Under the pieces are notes generated by a model. The model had not been told where the DNA came from, searched no databases, and saw only the letters and a list, made by a program, of their open reading frames with translations. Below, piece after piece: positions 56,031 through 64,000 of a stretch of 64,000 bases of DNA (positions are counted from its first letter, which is position 1; each line of letters opens with the position of its first letter). The position numbers and the translations under genes are program-made. This stretch comes from Octopus vulgaris (lineage: Eukaryota). The stretch spans positions 10,292,001 to 10,356,000 of the forward strand of contig OX597831.1 of the NCBI GenBank assembly GCA_951406725.2, read 5' to 3'.

Positions 56031-59000
56031 TATACGTATGTGTGTGTGTGTGTCTGCCTGTGTGAGGGTGTGGGTGTGTGTGCGCGTGTGAATAAATCTA
56101 AAGCGCCATCTATCGTATCGAAGTTTCACATTCAAGTAGCTTTTAGTTTGTTTTGATTTCTTGAAACCTTCGAACCAGCAGAACCGGGAATGCATAGTGT
56201 TAATGGAGTAGATGGGTTACAAAACTTAGTGTTAATGAATAAACTGTGGCACCCCCGGGGAAATACAATCCCTGAAAGTTGAATATGGAAGGCATATTTG
56301 GATATTAAACTTGATTTACTGGTTTTAAGAAAGTATGCCATTGTAATTGAAAGCTTACGATAGGATGCCTAAAGTATATGGTGACGCTGGAAACAACCCG
56401 AGATTTATATTATTTAATTAATAAGAACATGTGTGTTTGCAGCACGATCAAATTTAAAGTAATATCAGCAACTACGAACCATTTAAAATGAATGGGAATG
56501 AACTCAAACCTTGTCGTATGATTGTATTACGATAACATACACCTCTGGGCAAACAGATGCAAATCTCATACAGCTTTTCGTTTTAGAGTGAAAGAGTTGC
56601 AAGGGATTATGGGAAATAAACTAGAATGTAAGTAACTCTTGATTTTCAACAAGACGTTTTCTAAATTTTATTTTTATTTTCAGAAATAGCACGAAATTTA
56701 TTCTAGCAAAATTTATTCGGCTGTACGTTTCGGTAGGATGAGGTATTTTAGTTAGTTTTTCAGTAAGGTTTATACATTTTCCTTCTGGTTCTTCCATTAC
56801 AGACATTTTAGTCAGCATATCAATTACAACGTTCTGATATTCCTCTAGTTTCAATCGGCTTGCGAAACCTTTCATCAGGTTTCAACCATTAATTGCATTG
56901 AATATCTTTGATGGTTTCGAAACAGAATAAATTTGGAATTATTTACATTTTTCCATTCATTTATAGCATAATTATAGCATGATAAGTTATTTCACGAGAC
57001 TTAGTTTAGTATTTATAATCCTTTTTTTTTACAGAATTTTTATTCTAGTGTCTACATCAAGGACTATCTATATTTTTACCTTTAAAATTATTTCCATTTT
57101 TGTGTGAGATAATATTTACGGCAAGTGTGTAATGCCGAGGTTGTCATTAACGTGCCTACAAAATTCAAAGCTATTTCGTTTTATGTTGGCGTTTATTAAA
57201 AACTGGTGACGTGATTGAAAACATGAATTACATTCCATAATTTAATACTGCATGTTAATGGAGGGATTGACCAAAGAAAAATCATACTTCAAGGACTTCA
57301 AGTATGTTATAATTCACCTGTGGGTAACATCACAGAAATGATTTGTTCTAATCGATCCAGCTGACAATTAGTAACAGGAAATTGTATTTTGTCAACAAGA
57401 AGTTCAATTTTGCATCGTGAACGTTGCCAAAAGCTTAATACTGCGTTTTAAAGACGGGAAGTGTTTTGTAGAATTCGATAACTCGGGTGCGATCGTCTAA
57501 AGTTCTCTTCCCTAATAGGATATTCTTTGAAGATAAGAAAATAGCGTCACAAAATAATCGGAATACTGAAAGTTCGTTTAAAATATAACAGATGCTAAGG
57601 TTAACGAAGGAATACCAAACGATTAATTTCAACCCTGAATATTATTATCCATATATACGCACAAAATAGCGCGCGCACACACATACAAACACAGACACAC
57701 ACGCATACGTACAAACACACGTACTCACACACAGACAGATATGGTGCAAAATTATTTTAAAATCCCGGAGATGGCGTAAACTTCAAACACAATGTATTAG
57801 GTTTATACGGTCACTGAATATGCATACACACACATGCACACACATGCACACACGTACATGCACGTGCATTAGTGTATTATGCATTCATGTATGTAGATGT
57901 GTCTATATACAAATAAAGATTAAAATTGAACGAAATGATGCTATAAAAAATATTATCTAATTATTGAGTTTAAAAAAAATATTAGATGGAAAATGTTCAC
58001 GTTTTCTATCCAAAGGGTAATTTATAACACAATATTACAACCCATTTCACGGCGAAATCCCGTGAAATAAGTGTTCCATAAAAATCAATGCTGACCAATT
58101 GCATTGGTTCCAACCGAATACGCTTCATTTTCACGCCAATTCTGTATCTTTTTAAAAAAAAACTTTGCACTGAATGTGTATGTGTATGTGTATGATTGTT
58201 CGCACGTGTTCGAGTGTGTGTTGTGTGGGTGTATGTATGTGCATTTGTGCGTGTTTGTGGATACCACAATAACGACGGACTACGAAATTCACTCACAATG
58301 CACTGATCATTCCATATGTATTGTAGTAGACACTTCAGGATTTCGCCGATAAGAACTAAACCCGAAATTACGTGGTTACAATGCGAGAGTCTTAATCAAA
58401 CAGCCAAACTTGTATTATTTGACATTACGCTGAAAGCATGTTGCGAATAAGTGCGGTGTGGTTGTCTCATCTGAGAAACATCGTCTCCTCCTTTGTATTA
58501 GTGACACAGTATCCAATCTTTCCTTAATCTACAAAGGAAAATGCTTAAATTGATCTGGAATTTGCAGACACTTGGTTTTTCCTGTGTGTGTTTGTGTCTC
58601 CTTACAATAGATTCACAATATGCTTCACTTTTAAAGAGAACAATTGCTTCTATTTCAACTGTCTTATTTACTCAAAATATTTCATAATTATATTGATTTC
58701 TCCAATTTCAGCAATACGCTATAATTTTCCTTGATGCCACAGTTTCACCATTTTTTTCTTTGTACACACAACATAACAGAGATTTACTGAATGAAGTTCC
58801 AGAATTCCCGGTTGCTAAAATATTTTATTCCTTCTGTTTATCTTTTCTTTCAACATAACACTTTTGTATTTTGCCTCCCTTTCTCTCTCGGTTTCAGACA
58901 CTCCACACATGTGCGCGTAAAAACAGCAGACAGAATAAATTTATAGTTTGCCAACATGTTCCCCGTTTCTAATACACTCTTAAATCACTCCGAAAATATT

Positions 59001-59085
59001 TTGTCTTCTATAGTGTTGGTCTTCGCAGTACAGTAGAGCTTCGACTTGTTAAGCAGGTATAAAGCATGGAGGTGTTATGTTTAAA

Positions 59086-59308
59086 TACGAAGTGGTGACA
59101 AAAGGTCCCTGGCTTTAAGAGCGTCGCGAATGAACTGGCTGGAGACCCAATTTTTCGAGTTCTTTCACAACGCGTAGAAAAACTGAAAGGACCGCTACAA
59201 TAAGTGTTAATCTGAGGGAGGAATACGTTAAACCAAATCGCAGTTGACTGATTCTCCTGCAGTTTCTTTTACACTCAGCCACGAACACTTTTCAACACCC
59301 ACCTCCTA
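59086..59308 (+). mobile_element. Mariner-derived MITE / internal deletion derivative
   Basis: TA-CGAAGTGGTGACAAAAGGTCCCTGGCT start and a degenerate inverted end (..CTTTTCAACACCCACCTCC-TA). Interior encodes a frameshifted mariner C-terminus EKL.DRYNKC..LR.EYV. Confidence 0.65.
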
Positions 59309-59506
59309 TGTATATCATACATCTTTTTGTATGCGCTCATGTGTGTATGTGCACAATATGTCTTTATCATTCATGGTTTTATAGTAGCAAAAGATGGAAC
59401 CGATGGCGAGAAAACTGAAAAATATAAAAAATTATTTTCGAGTAATGTCTTTCTCTGTATTTTTCCATTGAAATATAACATGAAATGGTTGTTGCTTTAT
59501 TAACAA

Positions 59507-59889
59507 CTAGCAGTATCGCCCGGCGTTGCTCAGGTTTGTAAGGGAAATAACTATAAAGCATTTTTAGAGAGTTATAGCCAAAAATTAGCAAAAAAATGGA
59601 AAAAAAATGATGGTAAATTTTTTTGAGAGTTAAAAAAGGTGGAGTTGCGTCCCCTAGACGGTCTGTGGTTTGGGTTTCTGATTCTCGACCCCATGTCGAA
59701 TTTATCGTTTTTTTTCAGAACTGGGGGAACTTTTCAAAATTTTCGCTGCGTTAGTTTTGAATTATGACATTGGGGTATGTGTGTGTCAAGTTTCATCAGA
59801 ATCGGTTGAAAGCCGTGGTCAGAGTGAGGGTACGAGAAAACAGACACACAGAAAACGCACAGACAAACTGCCGTTTATATAGAGAGAGA
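59507..59889 (-). mobile_element. Helitron-like element with H1 3' end and a different 5' body (H3)
   Basis: First ~110 bp (CTAGCAGTATCGCCCGGCGTTGCTC..) match H1; the remainder is unrelated. Minus-strand head A|TCTCTCTCTATATAAA. Confidence 0.75.
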
Positions 59890-61872
59890 TACGTCCCTTC
59901 GACTTTCTTGACAATTTTGTTTACTTGAGTGTGTTCTAAATATTTATATATAAACTTGTTCTGTGTGGTCCCTAAACGGTACAGTATACCATCCTGGCGA
60001 ACTGGTGAGTTCACTTCTTAATTCTAACACCTCTATGGCTAGGTTTGCTGGACAGAATTCAGTAGAATGGACAAAATGAAGCAGAAACCAAGAACGTACT
60101 CGTGAAGACATCGTAGATCAACGACAAGTCGCCAATATTTAGATTTGTGCATTAATTAGAAATTATTTTGGTCGTATTAGTCTTATTGAATTTTACCATG
60201 CAAATTTGTGTTTTCATGGAATATCTGCATTTTTTTCTCATTTTGGGGTTTGTACAAGTGCATGTGTGTCGGGTGGGGATGCACATACGCATGGGTTTGA
60301 TTTCCTTTACGTGGCATTAATTTTGGAGTATCTTAATTCAACTTTGTCGACACATTCCGAAGGATTAAAGATTTGAATTCTTCCATGTTGTTATGTGATG
60401 AAATTGTATTATGTCTGCGAAATGTGTAAAATACCCTAAAACACGATATATACATTAATATTCTACAATAATCCCAACTGATTTAATAATAGCAACAACA
60501 ACTGACTCCACAACACAGCATAAGAATAGTGGCCAAATGCATGCAGAAGTAACATAAATCAGCAGAACCTGGACGTGGCCTTGTATGTGCCAACTAAGTC
60601 TGTGAGAAATAGAAGCCAGACAAACATACGATGCTGCCTTATAAAACTGCAAGTATATAATGAGTAGTGTTGTCCTCCAGACGCATCTTCTTAGGAAAAT
60701 GAGTTTCTCACATCTGGTGAACTTTTCAGCGGAGGAATATATTGGTGCCAGAACACAACACCCAAAACACAAAAATAATGACGGCAATAGAACACAGGGG
60801 TGTCAATCACTGACAAACTGGCTCGGCTAAGGAGAAATATGAAAACACATTCCTTCATATTGCACGCGTTTATCTTAAAATAAAAGTACAAGACATCGCG
60901 GCCACGGCAGTGCTACGATCCATAGTTTGGTCATTTTAATAATAACGTAGACCCGGAGATGAAAAAACGTCAAATAATATACAAGAACAAGCACAAAGAG
61001 AGTGACGGAGATGGCGGCAACAAATATGGGGGCTACAAAAGCGATAACAGCAAAAATAGTGCTGAAGATGCTGCGGGCCTACGGAGAATCTGTTCTCACA
61101 ACCTACCGTACTAACCCCACAACGGAATGCGCTTTGAGATAATGTCCTAGATATGTGGTAGCCCAAACAAAAACTAGATAATTAGTCGGTTAGACATACT
61201 TGATCAGAGGTAGAGACACGCTGGAAATGAATAACTACAACAACAACATCAACAGACGCAGATAACGAGGATAGCAATAACAATCCAGATGAAAAGAGCA
61301 ATGAAATTATCATTTTCATACGACGAATGAATTAGAAATTATAATAAAGAAGACCAACACAAGAATTGCAGAAATTCTTCCGTTTGGGTGATTCGCTGTT
61401 AAATTAGAATATTGATTAGAGCTTGTAAAGAAGGGATTCGGAGACTACACTTCGGGAGAAATATATTGAAATATCATTAAGCAGTATATTCCAGCTGTTT
61501 GAAGTTGCAGATCGATGCGAGGAAAGGATTAGCACTTGCTTAATACTCCTGTCCGCCCACGACATTCGGAATTGTATTTTTCCCGTTGTGCAGACACCTT
61601 TATTACTTATGATCTGGTACACACACTCACGGACATATATTCGTTCTTTTACACATATATATGTGCGTGTATATTTGTGTGTGTGTATGTGCGCACGCGA
61701 ACGCGTGTATGTGTGCGTTTGTGAATGCGTATGTATGTGCTTGAGTGTACATGTGTGTATATGTGTTTATGTGCGAGTGTATGTAAGTAAATGTATGTGT
61801 GTAAATAAATATTGTACACGTATATATATATATATATAAATACACACACGCACGCACACACACACACACACG

Positions 61873-61907
<35 letters not shown>

Positions 61908-62212
61908 GCATATACATACATGTATATGTGTGTGTCTATGTATATACGAATACAATCTTATGTATATTTAAATATCTATTTCTATATATATATATATATA
62001 CACGAACACGCATAAGCACACATACATACATGCACGCACACATACATACACGCACACATACAAGCACACACGCGCACCCGAGCACACATACACACTCACA
62101 TACAGAATCACGCGCACACATTCGTCTGGCTACGTGAGATTCATTGATTAAAGAAAATGAGAAAGATCGAGATCAAAATAACTAGGTGACAAGTGTTTAA
62201 TCTTGTCTCCGC

Positions 62213-62219
62213 TGTAGTA

Positions 62220-62286
<67 letters not shown>

Positions 62287-62606
62287 TAGTAGTGGTAGTA
62301 GTAGTGGTAGTTGTTGTTGTTGCTATTGTTACTGTTGTTGCTGTTGTAGATGTGGATGTTGATGCCTGTAATGTCCATTCTCTGTGACATTACAGGGAAT
62401 GTGAATGCTGTAAGTATGTGGTTGGTATTACTGTTGAATGATAGATAGCAAGGGAGAGCACGAGGTCCCTGAACGGGGATGGCGATGAGGATGATGACGA
62501 GTAAGGAGAAAGAGGAGGAAGGAGAAGAGGAGGGAGGGAAGGGATTGGCGGGGAGAGGAGAGAGAGAGAGTATTATATTGGAGATGAGAATGGCAATGAT
62601 GTAGAC

Positions 62607-62638
<32 letters not shown>

Positions 62639-62860
62639 CGATGACGACCATGACAACGATAACGACGACGAATACGACGACAACGATGACGATGATGATG
62701 ATGATGATGATGACGCCACGACCATGACGACGACGATGATGACATTTTGGTGGTAGTGTTGATGATGATGAAAACGATGATGATGATAAGGAGGATGATG
62801 ATGAAAATGATGATGATGAAGATGATGTTGATGGTGGTGGTCGTAGTGGTGGTGTTGATT
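62213..62860. repeat. Compound trinucleotide low-complexity tract (TAG/TGG/GTT/GAT/GAC)
   Basis: Directly visible. Confidence 0.9.
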
Positions 62861-63560
62861 GTAGTGATACGGTGATGGCATAGAATAAACAGCGAAGGAT
62901 TAGTGAGACTAGTGGTGGTATCGTAGTTATTCTAATCATGCTACTTGAGATACTAGTGATGTAGCAAGGACGAAGATGGTAGTTGTGGTGGCGCAGGTCA
63001 AGATGGTCATTATAATAATGACCATTACAGTAACCAGTTTCAGCCCCGTCATGTAGCTTCCGGCAAGAATTCAGAGTTTTAGTATTAAAATACTTTGTCC
63101 ATTTAACATACTTCATGTATAACAAAATTTATTGAATTTAAATTCAAAGGATATTTGAAAGAATTCGAAAATTATTAACTTTACCTCTATTTTCATTTTC
63201 AGAATAGATATATATATATAGGATGATTTTAAATTAAATTATTGAAAATTGAAAGTAATAGATGTCTTTTAATATTGTTCAATAAAATGCTCTCTCTACT
63301 AAATTCACATGCTTTTAGCTGATATCTCCCACTATGTAGCTAGTTAAATTTTCTATCGTTATCATTATGGTGTGTCACTTTCATTATGTAGTTCAGTTTT
63401 CTTTGATAATCGTGTTTAGATGTTAAGAGCTTACTTCCCAACCACAGGGTTCCGGGCACTGCCGTACTGCCTGGCAGCTTGGTATTGGTAGAGCGTTTTC
63501 TACTATAAACTTAGACGTCTTGAAGCTTTGTAGTCCGTCGTGTGTGTATGTATATTTATA

Positions 63561-63597
<37 letters not shown>

Positions 63598-63749
63598 CAA
63601 ATATATACGTTTTTATTATTATTTTGCAATTTGTTTAATCATCGGTATATTACTGTTATTTTGATTTTGATATTTCTATTATATTAATTTTCTAGATGGT
63701 GTAATTTAATTGTCCATTTTGAATTGATAAAATGTGTGTTTTTCTAATT

Positions 63750-63836
<87 letters not shown>

Positions 63837-63904
63837 TTGTGAAATTTGATTTAGTATTTCTAAATTAAATTTATCCCTGTAATATTCCCTCAAATAATAA
63901 TAAT

Positions 63905-63975
<71 letters not shown>

Positions 63976-64000
63976 TTTATAGTTTTCAAAGAAAGAGTGC

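Noticed and set aside
56840-56890. Minus-strand CTGATGA..GAAACTAG motif
   Set aside because: Lacks U16.1 and a closing stem I; at best a degenerate relic.
62148-63125. 325-aa minus-strand ORF, the longest in the window
   Set aside because: It is open only because trinucleotide repeats lack stops in that frame (poly-S/I/Y). No domain signal.

Overview
AT-rich, microsatellite-dense eukaryotic non-coding DNA. The tRNA-derived SINE families resemble the octopus OK/OR1/OR2 types, so the source is probably a coleoid cephalopod (Octopus); this is inference. No host protein-coding exon could be supported, and almost all listed ORFs are microsatellite or SINE read-throughs. The window is a mosaic of mobile DNA: many SINE copies (four families plus a recurrent dimer), five non-autonomous Helitron-like copies, a 5'-truncated R4/Dong LINE with an intact restriction-like endonuclease frame, and piggyBac, mariner and Chapaev3-like remnants. 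The most notable signal is a set of Penelope-like element (PLE) terminal-repeat fragments lying in microsatellites and carrying type I hammerhead ribozymes (HHR) with palindromic stem III. Two have an intact core (18184-18253 minus, 50026-50144 plus), one has a U4C change (23338-23372), and one family appears to carry a compensatory G3:C8 core (12328-12372, 33210-33260). Other signals: a templated insertion with microhomologies inside a transposase, a LINE ORF1 fragment inside a Helitron, Helitron end-swapping, and a shared SINE/LINE 3' tail. Family names come from recall and motif reading, not database searches. Boundaries of old copies are approximate.
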